From Haliotis rufescens (taxonomy: Eukaryota), in contig NW_025964223.1 in NCBI RefSeq assembly GCF_023055435.1, positions 27,838,001 to 27,902,000 of the forward strand: DNA of 64,000 nucleotides, in the 5' to 3' direction. The stretch's first letter is position 1. Every line of letters starts with the position of its first letter. Under the pieces are notes generated by a model. It made no database searches. It had not been told where the DNA came from and was given only the letters and a program-made list of their open reading frames with translations. The translations under genes were made by a program, and so were the position numbers. This document shows positions 38,073 through 50,104 of this stretch, piece after piece.

Positions 38073-41000
38073 TTAACTTGAGGCTTCGGACCTGGAAGAA
38101 ACACGGTTTTGTGTCATTATATTTTGTTAAATTAATTTTACAGTTTGAAAGTTTAATTCTCGAATATATGTTCTGTGTATATGTTTTGTGTAAGTTGTGA
38201 GGAGTATTGCTTTATTGTTTGTGAACATATACCTTCGTTCACATATGTAGTCATATTTGTTAGAGCAGGTCGAGTCGTGCCACGTGAAATGGGTGGGTTG
38301 ATAAAGCTCAAGACAATGTTCACTGCCTCCATTCGGTTGACCAGGGTGCCAGTCAGTGTTTGTGAAGCTGGCCTGGTCAATGTCCCACACCCACATCCCT
38401 TCTGATCTTAGGTCGTTACCGCCGACCCAAACGTTCGCATTCTCTAGAAGGAACAAAAAGGAAATTCATGATATATATGAATGGCAGATTTAATGTCTGT
38501 ACAAACTGTACTTGCCGATATGATACAATGTTATAATTCACATTTATTTCAATATTTGTGATCAACTACTCATTATTCAAACGTCGATCATGACATTACG
38601 TCAATATACAATTACTGATGTCAATAAGGTAAAGGAACCACTTTTTATAAAGCGGTATTTGGCTTACGATTTACATAATTCAGAAACGATTTTATGTTGG
38701 TCACTTTGCTTGTTGTGTTAAGTGTTGCAAGGTGTCCCCCAAATTCACGGCAGTAACTCTGAAATCAAATGGAAGTATTTAGCCACGTTGTTCTCACACA
38801 AGAATATTTTGTTTGTACTGTTGTTTCACGTCATGGTAAAAATATTTTCCAGCTGTATGCCGGCGATCTGTAAACAATCGAGTCAAACCAGTGATTGATA
38901 TTATGAACAACTTCCAACGGCGCCAGGTTCGATGCCAGGTAATAAACCAAGCCACCGAGCCTGCATATGTCGCCAGCATATGCTAGGAAAACTATTCTTA
39001 CCCCGGATCCCTACGGGTCCCTACAAGAAAAGACTGCAAGTTTAATATACGTGTACTTCAGTCAACTATTTGACCAGTGTGTAGCTGTACAACAGCGACT
39101 AACTCTACTTACTAACAATTGTACAACCAACTGTGCTATATAGTACCGTCACACTGTTCCATAATGGGTGACTGTGATGTTGCATTTTGAATACCGCAAG
39201 AGACAATAATGGAGGTATATACCAACCTAAACGAAATTTCGAATTGTATGATCCATTATGTCATACATGTTTTATCGTCCTAGGGCGTAAACCTTGTACA
39301 CCAAAACGATCTGAGATTAGCCATCCGTTCCTTTTCTGGACATTATGCATAATCAACCTGGCCTACATACATACATGTACCTCTGCGTACCTCTGTATAT
39401 CAATATATATAGTATTGATATACCATGAAACCCCTTTATTCTGAATATAAGTTATACAATGAAACCTCTTCAGTCCGGATATTTTCATATGTAATGAAAC
39501 CCGTTTAGTCCGGATAATTTTATACACATCGTAATCTGTTTAGTGCGGATATGTTTATACTCAACGTAATCTGTTTAGTGCGGATAATTTTATACACATC
39601 GTAATCTGTTAAGTGCGGATATGTTTATACACAACGTAATCTGTTTAGTGCGGATAATTTTATACACATCGTAATCTGTTTAGTGCGGATAATTTTATTC
39701 ACAACGTAACCTGTTTAGTGCGGATAATTTTATACACGTCGTAATCTGTTTAGTGCGGATAATTTTATTCACAACGTTATCTGTTTAGTGCGGATATGTT
39801 TATACACAACGTAATCTGTTTAGTGCGGATAATTTTATACACATCGTAATCTGTTTAGTGCAGATAATTTTATTCACAACGTAACCTGTTTAGTCCGGAT
39901 AATTTTATTCACAACGTACTCTGTTTAGTGCGGATAATTTTATACACATCGTAATCTGTTGAGTCCGGATTTTTTCACATGCAATGAAACCCCTATTGTC
40001 CGGATATTTTCTTACACAATGAAACCTCTTTGGTCCGGATATTCTGTGTACACAATGAAACCCCTTTGGTCTGGATATTTTCTTACACAATGAAAGCCGT
40101 TTCACCGACAATATGGTTAAGAACGCCTTCATATAAACATAAAAAACCCGTATGAAACAATGATAAACCAAACTTACCCCTGCATCTATCCATGATGCCT
40201 TCATCTTGTAAAGAGAGTAACATGACTGGTCATACTTTGTCCATCCGTTGGGGCAAATAGAGGTGACTAGAAGCAAAACAATTCACCAATACAAATTCAA
40301 TAAAGTGTTGACCAAGAAGGTATGTGATCACTGTTCAACGCAGCATTAATCCACACACGGGTTGTAAAGTAATGTAACAGACTGATTTAGGATACATATC
40401 AGTTGTAGTATATCAGATGTTTAACATGAGTCTTTATTGATATTCTGTCGTTGTAGACTCAAAACGGAGCATATGTATAAGTACTTTTATTAGGGCAACA
40501 TAAATATGAGGTTAGTAGGTGAGTTGTGATAAACGCCGCTTGAACAACTGAGCAATATGTACTGCAACTTTCATCACTGCATGTAAGTTTAGTGTGGGAG
40601 GCAGACGGACGGACGTTTACCACATCGGTGAAAGCAGGATTGTTGTTCTGACAAGAATCATAATCCGGGCGAATCTCGAACCACGATCATTAGATCCAAG
40701 TATGCCTGAAGTGCACAACTGTTTACCGCGAATGCTGGTGCCTTAGACAACCGGACCCACTCTCTCTGTCGACATGCTTGTACACAATATAATTAACAGG
40801 AAAACACAAGATAAAGTCAGTACAATGGACATTTAATGGTAAATATAACAGAAGACAGTACAAACCAGTTGATGACAAATATAACTGAAGACAGTACAAA
40901 CCTGATGATGACATATAATTACCTGAAGACAGTACAAACCAGTTGATGACAAATATAACAGAAGACAGTACAAACCTGTTGATGACAAATATAACAGAAG

Positions 41001-41574
41001 TCAGTACAAACCTGTTGATGACAAATATAACAGAAGACAGTACAAACCTGTTGATGACAAATATAACAGAAGACAGTACAAACCTGTTGATGACATATAA
41101 TTACCTGAAGACAGTACAAACCTGTTGATGACAAATATAACTGAAGACAGTACAAACCTGATGATGACATATAATTACCTGAAGACAGTACAAACCAGTT
41201 GATGACAAATATAACAGAAGACAGTACAAACCTGTTGATGACAAATATAACAGAAGTCAGTACAAACCTGTTGATGACAAATATAACAGAAGACAGTACA
41301 AACCTGTTGATGACAAATATAACAGAAGACAGTACAAACCTGTTGATGACAAATATAACAGAAGACAGTACAAACCTGTTGATGAAAAATATAACAGAAG
41401 TCAGTACAAACCTGTTGATGACAAATATAACAGAAGACAGTACAAACCAGTTGATGACAAATATAACAGAAGACAGTACAAACCTGTTGATGACAAATAT
41501 AACAGAAGACAGTACAAACCTGTTGATGACAAATATAGCAGAAGAAATGATTCTAAGCAACTGTTCAAAATCAT
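38073..41574 (-). CDS. Secreted single-domain C-type lectin (perlucin-like), gene B, 5 exons, QPN/WHD motifs
   Basis: Exons 41574-41520 (MILNSCLESFLLLYLSST), 40266-40178, 38758-38668, 38443-38233 and 38091-38073. Same intron phases as gene A; AATAAA at about 37975. Exon 1 is the least certain. Confidence 0.85.
38815..39020 (-). mobile_element. SINE family A, degraded
   Basis: aatattttccagctgtatg.cggcgatctgtaaa...ctattcttaccccggatc..acgggtc. Confidence 0.65.
39460..40105. repeat. 35-bp minisatellite in intron 2 of lectin B (about 18 units)
   Basis: Unit acatcgtaatctgtttagtgcggataattttatac; homogeneous in the centre and diverged at the edges. Confidence 0.95.
40515..40760 (-). mobile_element. 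SINE family B, degraded
   Basis: aacgccgct...gtgtgggagg...gggcgaatc.cgaaccacgatcat...ccttagacaac.ggaccca. Confidence 0.65.
40840..41545. repeat. 36-bp minisatellite (about 19 units) derived from the exon1/intron1 junction of lectin B
   Basis: Unit gatgacaaatataacagaagacagtacaaacctgtt; on the minus strand it reads ctt ctg tta tat ttg tca tca aca g|gt ttg tac tgt. Confidence 0.95.
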
Positions 41575-43664
41575 TGTCGCTAGAAAGTTGAACTCTCAAC
41601 ACGTTCTGTAGTCAGATCTATATCTTCATACAAAACTCGAAGGCAGAGATTAAGGTGTGCCACCATATTTATGAAGATAAGATAATAATACCCTTATAGA
41701 AAATGAAGTCGACATTTGGACCTAGGTCAATAAAGCGCGTTCTCGTTTACTTTTTTTGTGCTTGTGTCATCATGGAATCCCTATCTACTCCACTGACAAG
41801 GGAAAGGACCTGTACATATTCCTGTCGGCATTAAAAAAGAGGCGACGTATTTTCACCACGCGTTTTGGTTTGATGTTACTCAAAAATCCCCTTATTACTT
41901 AAGGATGGGATATAATTATGTCTGTAAACAGTTTGTCAACCACTGATTGGATTGCATTACACAATTGAAACCCCAAGCAAGTAATGCTTCATTACTTGTT
42001 AATAACGTGCTACTTATATTCAAACTTAAATACCATATATATTCAAAGTATTAAGAGGTCGGTGTGACAAGTCGATACGAGAATTCTCTAAGCGTCGTTT
42101 GATAATTGTTCATTACAAACAAATAAACTTGTCAAAGCTTGCTAAGCATGGCAAAATCGTACATTCTCAGGCTTGAGAAATGGGCCAATACTGTCATAAT
42201 TACATGAAAAAAACAATGTACAAATTAATCTCATACACTCTCAAGAGCTACCATAGCCACTGGTATGTATATTTATGCTAAAGCGCATCATAACAGAAGG
42301 TATTGCCCGTGACAAAGGTGAGAGTAGTTTCATTAGCCCAAGTAAGTTTCGAAATCGTCAAGTGATCAAATCCAAACTTGGCGATTTCGACATTTACAAG
42401 CGCACTGTTCGCCAGATACAGAAACTGCATCAGAATACGAAGAGAAGTGTCATTGTCACGATACTTCTACATTGTTTTGATCTAATTTGCTGTAGATCTG
42501 GTGCCTGACATATCCACGTACCATTATGTGCTATTGAGCTCGCCACTAGAACTCAGTGTTAGTCGAGACAGGACAAGCACATATCCATCGTACTACTTGT
42601 CGTGGATCACCCGCGACCCCTTTCTTCACAATGGTAAGCGCCAGTGGGGGAACCTTATACCGATACTTATACCGAGTTATTTGTCACATCACAAATCTTA
42701 TCCTGGCATACCAAAAGATCCTCTTATCATGATTTTTCAGACAAAGCAACGTTTCAGGAAATTTTCATTATTTCACACGGGAAAAAAACGAACATTCGTG
42801 AGGATGAAACCGTCCGGACCTATTCTATCCCCCTGTAGCTGTTAGAATAAGTTCGCCCTAACAATACTAACGGCAACACATATATACTTATATGGCAATA
42901 CTTTATATGTGTCTGATAGGAGGTAATGAGTTAGCTGTATGCGGAGTTTGATGTGACGCAGCACCGAATTGCGCAGGCAGGGGCATCTTGCTATCCAGCT
43001 GAGAATAATGAGGCACACTTGCTCCTTCGACAGAACCAGCCCAGGCAGGTGGATGACCAAGTGTATTCTGAAATGACCATGGGACATACATGTAGTTGAT
43101 AATAGTAATGAATACCTTCATGTTATAATTATCCTTGTTGACTAAATGTTGTTCGTTCTTAAAGTTATGAATATCATTATTGAAATACTCATATTTATCA
43201 TGCGATCTTATTACCAACATGGTGAAGATACAGGTTGTAGGATTCTGAATCCGTACGTCACATGTGTGTCGTACAAGGTTGACCTCGTTTTATTCGTTTT
43301 GTTTGGATAGCCGTTACCTCTGTCACACCGGTACTATGTTTTTCATTCAAAACAATACGAGAAGTCATTCACTTTTTTACCAAGAAAGCAGAACAGAAGG
43401 AATCTCATGAAAGACATTTACACATACTTTATTAAACCAAACAAGATCGTCACATGCATCAAGTTCGCCTTTCATTCTATATCAGCTATATCCATATGCA
43501 ATGTACGATTACCGATAGGTCGTGGGTTCCTGAGCGTGACGCACTTTCGCGACCTCCTTTTATTTGATTAAAAGTAAAATGTTAAGCGTGGTGAAATGCA
43601 GTTAGTTTAAATTATCCGGACAGAAATCTAGACTTACGTTGGATGCCCCGGTTGTGTCATTTGT

Positions 43665-44335
43665 AGAAGAAGAAGAAGAAGAAGAAGAAGAAGAAGAAGA
43701 AGAAGAAAATTATTCGGTATCAAAGGCCGCATGGCCAAGAGTACAATACATGAGATAAATCTTTGCACATGGACAGGTGGATTCTGTTATACTATCTCAA
43801 TGCAATATTTATAATACATTATACAGGCAGATTTCTTTTCAAACATATAGCAACATTTTAAATTAGCTTAACATTTTTGTTGCTACTAGTTGATTAAATT
43901 TTGCTCGTGATCGATACTGGTAATAGTAGCTTGGGATGTAGAGCTTTCTGTTTTCCATATAAAATGGACAAACTAAAAGGAAATGGTATTCATCTTCAAT
44001 TTATATTATGATTACATTTCTTGCACTTAAGTAAATCAGTATTGACTTTGTCATTGTAACGAAAGTGTTGAATACCCACCCAACTTATGGCTCAAACATC
44101 GGAATTTTAATGATATGCGGATAAGATCCTTGTTTGGACATAATTCCATAATATATTTCTCTTGTTCGAGTACAGACTTATATGTAGAATAATGGTTTAG
44201 AATGATGAAGAAATAATTTTAGCATGCCAATTCTGAATCTCTATGTGTTTACATCTTTGCTTAAAACATTGTGTAAAATTTGATATGCTGCCACACTCCT
44301 GTGCGATCCAAACACACGTAAATCCGGTTTCTTAT
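43665..44335 (-). mobile_element. 3' fragment of a LINE (L2/CR1-group-like) with (TTC)n tail
   Basis: TGF.CVWIAQ and CKKCN..IEDEYHFLLVCPFY knuckle, ggccatgcggcc stem, aataa, about 14 TTC repeats. Confidence 0.75.
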
Positions 44336-46422
44336 AGCAGTGTCCCCTTTCGAAGCGTATTTTGTTACATTGCTTCCGAAGGTGTTTGTTCATGAATAAA
44401 CATACACGACTGCGCGATCACGCGAAATGTGCCTGACTTCTGTGTTTGTGGCCTAAAACATCTCAAAAGTGAACAATAACATTCCATATTTATCTCTTGA
44501 GTAAAACGCTGTGGGTAGATCACGGTTGTCTTTTCTTATTCTGATGGTGACCTTGCAAAATTGCCCTTCGTTCGAAGCTGTCATTGACAGCAGACTTGAG
44601 TTTGTTGATTTTCACGTCTTCAGTATAATGTCGTAGAGTTCACATAAACGTCTTTGGCGAGCACTCCGATTTCCCTCTTTCAAATTTTATAAATTCAGCT
44701 GATATATCCAGGAAACCGAACAATTTTCAATACACAGCCGGGACTTGTCGGTGCGAAGGACTACGTGCTGGTCCGAGATTCAAAGCACGACACTAAATGA
44801 CTTTTTAAGTTTTCTTACAGCTGTCTTGTGTACAAACAACAATGCGTTTGAATTAGATCTACAATAAGTTACAGAAATCTTTAAAACGTATCTTGAGTCT
44901 CGTTGATGTCATGTTTGCATACACAACAACAGGAACATGTTGTTACTGCGTATGCATAGAAATGTCAACAATGCCCCTATTTGGGCATATATCAATATTC
45001 ATATGCAACCAGATTTGCGACCTGTTTAAGTTTGGTCTGTTAACGAAAGAAAGCTGTAACGTATGTGCATTTGAATACATATTTAACGTGGGTAATAAAT
45101 AAAATACCACACTCATTCTCGTTTGACACCATTTCTGCGAAACTCGTGAACTTCCTATGGTATCTAACCAGAATGAGAATAATATTCTCCATATACGTCA
45201 CCAATATGTTTGTGTATATGAAACCAACCCGCAAGGTATTAACGGCCATGTCCACGTTTATATCTTTGGCACGCTGATCACCAACTCTGTTCTCTGTTCA
45301 CAGCGAAATCCACATACACGTCGCTCCTACAATACATATACATTCATAATACTGAAGGATAGTAACATTTCTAGTGAGAACATGTCTAAAATTCGCATTT
45401 CATATGCGACAATTTGACTGTAAGACGAGATGAACTGAGCCTTTCCTTAGTTGTACGTCACTTGATCTTAATGTTCTAGAAATACACGATATGTCTTAAA
45501 GCAGAGATCACCTTTGTTTTGCACTTCTTGTGTATGACAAAAGTAAGGGCGGATAGACATGTACAAATCCCTGCAGCCCGTCCTTCGATAAATGTTCCGA
45601 CGATTGCTGAAAACATATGTTATCCATAGGAAAACTGAAACAAGACTATCGCTTTCTACCCGTCACTGTTTTACTTAATACTCATTTATCCAGCGATATG
45701 CCAAGGAGAGGCATGGGCCACCGAGCCGTGGACGCCCGTGCCTATAATAAAAACACAAGATGAGATTGGGTTAAATGGCCGAGGGCTACTAGTGGGCTAC
45801 TAAGCTGTTAGTTGTGTATACCAAAATGCTACCGTTGCCATGGCCACTAGCGTGGCCATCGCTGATTCGCAGCTAGCACTGCTGGCCTGAGACTGCTACC
45901 GCTGTCCGGCCCCCACGGTAGCATATTTAAACGCTACCATTGCTTGGCAACTACCACGCCGCCAAAAGCAGCTACCGCTGCTGGCCTAAGTCAGGCTACC
46001 GCTGTCCGGCCCCAGGTAGCCGGCCAAAGCAGATCCCACTGCCTGGCCCCATTAGCAAAACCATTCCGCGACTACCGCCGCGGACCCAACTGTCAGCTAC
46101 CGCTTGACAAGACGACTTCCGCCGCCGGGCCCATATACGTGGCCATTGTTTGCCCCAACGTATGCTATTTTACGATTCCCCGGCTGAAAAGTCGGGAAAG
46201 ACAAGGTTTCCACTGAGAAGCAGGTAACCCCGGAAAGGTTCCCGCTGAAAAGCAGGTAGCCTTAAGCACGAGTATTAATTTGGAAGCAAGTTAATTTGTT
46301 ACTAGCACTGTAGCCCACAAGAACCCCGCCACAAAGCACCAGAGTGCTACCCCACACCCACGGCCACGTGATACGCGGAGATAGCATTGTTGCCCAGCTT
46401 GCCTATGTACTGAAAAGAAACA

Positions 46423-46940
46423 CTAACATGTGGAGATGACATCCTTACTGGCGCAAAACAAGCGCCAGGGCATGCAATAAACTGTCCGTAAACAAACACA
46501 GTCCTTTGTCACTGAGGTGTCTGATGCCAGGATCTGGGGATGTGGCACTGTTGTACCGCCGAGCTCTTTCACTCGGTTGGCCAGTCGGCGGTTGATATTC
46601 TTCCGCATCCCCTCGATCTTTAGTGGATCCCTGGCATCGTGCCAGTAGCGCCTGTGCAGCATTGAGGATACGATAATCTTGGTGTCTTGGATTGATGCCA
46701 CCATGTCAAGGTAGAGTTGGCTGCCCTTGACCGAGCACAGGTCGTTGGAGCCCAGGTGAATGATGAGGGCTCTGGGGCTGCGCCGTGTCGCCTTGACCTG
46801 TGCATCTAGAATGGTGTCCAGCTCCTTCCACCTCATCGCCCCTCGTGCCAGCTATAGCATCCTCGGTTGGTTCGGACTGGTGCCCTTCAGGAACAAGTAC
46901 TGCCGTGCTCTGGCCATGGAGCTGGATCCCACCATCCAAA
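46423..46940 (-). pseudogene. SGNH hydrolase ORF of element copy 2
   Basis: VWMVGSSS (block I), ML*LARGAMRW (block II; the TAG was probably TGG), IIHLGSNDL (block III). Block V is deleted here but present in copy 1. Confidence 0.85.
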
Positions 46941-46955
46941 CTTTAAACAATAAGA

Positions 46956-47240
46956 GTGAGTGAGTGAGTGAGTTGGGTTTAACGCCGCTTTTAACAGTAT
47001 TCCAGTTATATCATGGCGTGTAAGCTTAATGTGGGAGGAAAGCTCGAAGTGATGCAGGTCTCGGACGTTTTTCACTTCGGTGAAACCCACGAGCACGGGT
47101 ATGGTGCTGACAAACCTAGAAACATAATCGGGGCGAATCGGGATTCGAACCCACAATCATAGGTTTCTGGCGTGCCCAAGGGACGCAACTCTGCATAGCG
47201 AATCGCCGCGCCTTAGACGACTGGCCCACCCGTGCCCCCG
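46956..47240 (-). mobile_element. tRNA-derived SINE family B inserted in element copy 2
   Basis: Full length; 12-bp TSD taaacaataaga (46944-46955 / 47241-47252). Confidence 0.93.
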
Positions 47241-47312
47241 TAAACAATAAGAAGTGAAGTAAGTACCATGAAAAGACTATTTGAATTAATTGTGCAGCAT
47301 CAAATTTGTTGG

Positions 47313-48510
47313 TCAGCATTTGTAAGCATTGTAGCCATCTGACTTCCACCTGCCGTATTGCTGTATGAGGTGTTCCGGCACCCCATTCATGGCTGCTGAT
47401 GTGGCTGCCCCAATGCGGAAGGAGTGCGAAGAATAGCAAGCCGTGTTTATGTTGCTGTGTGCAAAGGCCTTTTTTAGGAGTGCCTGGAATTGGTACCCTG
47501 TAACGGGGGAATGGTCGAAATGAACGAATGCATGTTGTGGGCCGGAGGGGCGCGCCTCCAGGTAGTGCTTGATGGCGACTACCGGACATAGCGGATTTCC
47601 TGGTATAGATGACATTGTAACCGTTGTCCCCATCCTGTACTGATCAGACTTTGAGTGTGGTGGATGGATTGAAAGCTGCTGGGGGTTGCCCAAGAAGCTT
47701 AAATTCTGGATGGCGCAACCTGGTTTTGAGGGTCCTGTTTGGACCAGCTCGCTAACCCTAAAGAAACCGAAGAAGGCTGTGCAGTAGACTGCCTTGAACA
47801 GTCTGGCTTCATATGCTGATGAGCATATGTGTGGCAGATTGTTGGTTACTACCTGCAGCAGATCTGCAGTGAACGGTTTTCTGGTGTCTGGCCGGCCGCT
47901 GATTTGTGTAAGCCTGTTAAAATCTTGCCCACCAGGAAATGGTTTGTACAGTCGGTGAGCCCGTGGAATTTATGCTGTGAAGACAGCGCTGCAATGTAAG
48001 TCTTGACTGTGTTAGTCATACAAAAAGACGTTAAAAGATTGTACTTGTTGTTACCCTGTCTGGCGCTCGGCATTAAGGGGCTAAAACAAGGACTGGTCGG
48101 CTCGGAGTCAGTATACTGTGTCTGAGTGGGGTATTCATGTTAAACTGCGGCATGGTATCTCAGTGAGCTAGCACTATAAATCGGCATCAGTCAGGACTAG
48201 TACAAGCAGCCACACACACACACATACACGTGCATGCACGTCGCTATATAAGTGCAATAATCTTGGACGCGACGTTAAACCCAATTTCACCTCACCTCAC
48301 TTGACTGTGTTAGGGGAGTGGTGAGTGACTGACAGATAAGCAATAAAGTTTACAACCTGATCCAGGGGGACTGGCCACACCTCTTGTAGCTGGTGTGTGG
48401 ACCGGTACTGGTGCAAGGCATTGATGCCTGTTTGGTAAGTGGCCCATGTGTTTGTAGACAGAGATTGTTGTAGAAGTCTGCCGGCTTCCTGCCTCAGATA
48501 AGCCATATGT
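47313..48510 (-). pseudogene. Tyrosine recombinase of element copy 2
   Basis: SLSTNTWATY, TYIAALS, AFFGFFRVSEL (R), SKSDQ (K), HSFRIGAATSA (HxxR), GRWKSDGYNAY (W, Y); interrupted by a SINE. Confidence 0.92.
48016..48299 (+). mobile_element. 5'-truncated SINE family C inserted in the YR ORF
   Basis: Matches 62517-62865; TSD cttgactgtgttag (48002-48015 / 48300-48313). Confidence 0.9.
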
Positions 48511-50104
48511 TGCACGGGATAGGTGTGGGGTTCTGGTCCGAGGCTGGTGCTGCCTCTCGGAAGCATTTGAGCTGAAACCTCGAGAGAGTGTCGGCAATAG
48601 TGTTAGCAGTGGAACAGACATACTTTGCCTTAAACAGAATATTATATCGGAGGCACTGCAGGATTAGGCAACGGAGTAGGCTCATCACTCTGGGGTCCTT
48701 GGTAGACTGTTTGTTGATTATTGCTACGACGGCTTGGTTGTCGCAGTAGAAGAGGACCTTTTTGTCTGCAAGTTGCTTGTCCCAGAGTTGGATGGCCAGT
48801 GTGATGGGGAACAGCTCCAGGAGCGTCAAGTCCCGTGTAGTTCCATCCATCACCCACTGGGTTGGCCATGCGCCGTTAAACCATTTGCCCTGCATGTAGG
48901 ACTGTAGGCACCACCCGCTGCGTCTGAAAACAGCTGGAGGAAATCGCTGTCTACCCATAGTTGGTCCTGAAACACTGAAATGCCGTTAAAACTCATAAGA
49001 AATGTTAACCACATTTGTAGGTCTTCCTTGACCCAGCTGGTAATCCTAATGTGGTGAAATGGTTGCTTACCTTTGCTAAGCAGATCGATTAGCCTTCGGC
49101 TGAATGCCCTTGCCATTGGTAAAGCCCTGCACATAAAGTTAAACTTGCCTATGAGGGACTGAAGAGCCCTGTTTGTGACCTTGATGTTACCTGTTGACAG
49201 GATGTCTTGGATTTCCCTTGTCGCCTCCTTGATCTTAGACTCTGGGATTCTGATCTGCTTGCATTGGTGTCGATTTCCAGCCCTGAGAATTTCAGTTTAG
49301 TCGTGGGGCCCACCGTCTTGTCGTGCACAATAGGGACCCCAAACTGTTCTAGTGTATTCCGTTGAGGTTGTCTGAGCAGTGGCTGGTGCCTGCTGTGCCC
49401 CCCGTTAGGAAGTCATCCAGGTAATGCATGATCTGACACGTTGGAAGATGTGATTGCATGCACCATTGCAAGAAGGTACTAGACGTTTCAAATATGGCGC
49501 AAGATATGGAGCAGCCAAATGATAAGCATTTATCAAGATAGAACTCACCTTCGAATCTGATGCCTAGCAGCTCGAAATCGGATGGGTGGACTGGTATAAT
49601 TCTAAAGGCCGACTAAATGTCGAATTTTGCTAGTAGTTCTCTTTCCAAGTTGTTGAACCATATGAGTAGCTTAATCAAATCTGGCATACACAACGGAGCA
49701 GGCCTCTGTGTCTATGAAGTCGTTTATAGATTTACCCCTGGGATAGGATAGATGGTGAATTAGGCGGAATTCCTCCGCATTCTTACCCAGATGCTGGCCA
49801 TAGCCTGGCTGCTTCTTGGGCACCAGGCCTATTGGGGATATTTGGAGGTTGTCCAGGGGGGTGTCCTTGAAGGGGCCCGCCATCCTGCAAAGGTCGACTT
49901 CCTTTTGTTTGACGTAGCCTGCCGTGTCTTGGTGCGTGGCTGATCGCAAGTTTCGTGCCAGGCGACCAGTGCGGCTTCCCTGGAACTCGAGCTTAAAACC
50001 AAAGCTAAGACCTACCCATAAATAATTTGCATCTCTGTAAATGACCTTAGCATATTGGTGTAACCAGGTGCCATTTCATTGAGATCCACGGGGGAAGGGG
50101 CCAT
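48494..50104 (-). pseudogene. RT/RNase H of element copy 2, frameshifted
   Basis: Colinear with 14668-15984 and includes the complete RNase H motifs. Confidence 0.9.

Noticed and set aside
39460-41545. 35/36-bp repeats as a CRISPR array
   Set aside because: Head-to-tail units without unique spacers, no cas genes, eukaryotic context.
40919-41602. ORFs (MTNITEDSTNLL)n and (FVLSSVIFVINR)n
   Set aside because: Artefacts of a 36-bp stop-free repeat; only the LLLYLSSTGLYC frame connects to a gene.
44480-45330. Coding-like fragments on the minus strand
   Set aside because: Multiple stops and no recognisable motif or consistent splice sites; cannot be supported.
46423-46940. Retroelement SGNH domain captured from the neighbouring SIAE (also SGNH-fold) genes
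   Set aside because: The motifs differ (VGSS/HLGSND/GVH versus GQSNM/QGE/VHP), there is no visible sequence similarity, and SGNH ORFs are already known from Ngaro elements. The co-location looks coincidental.
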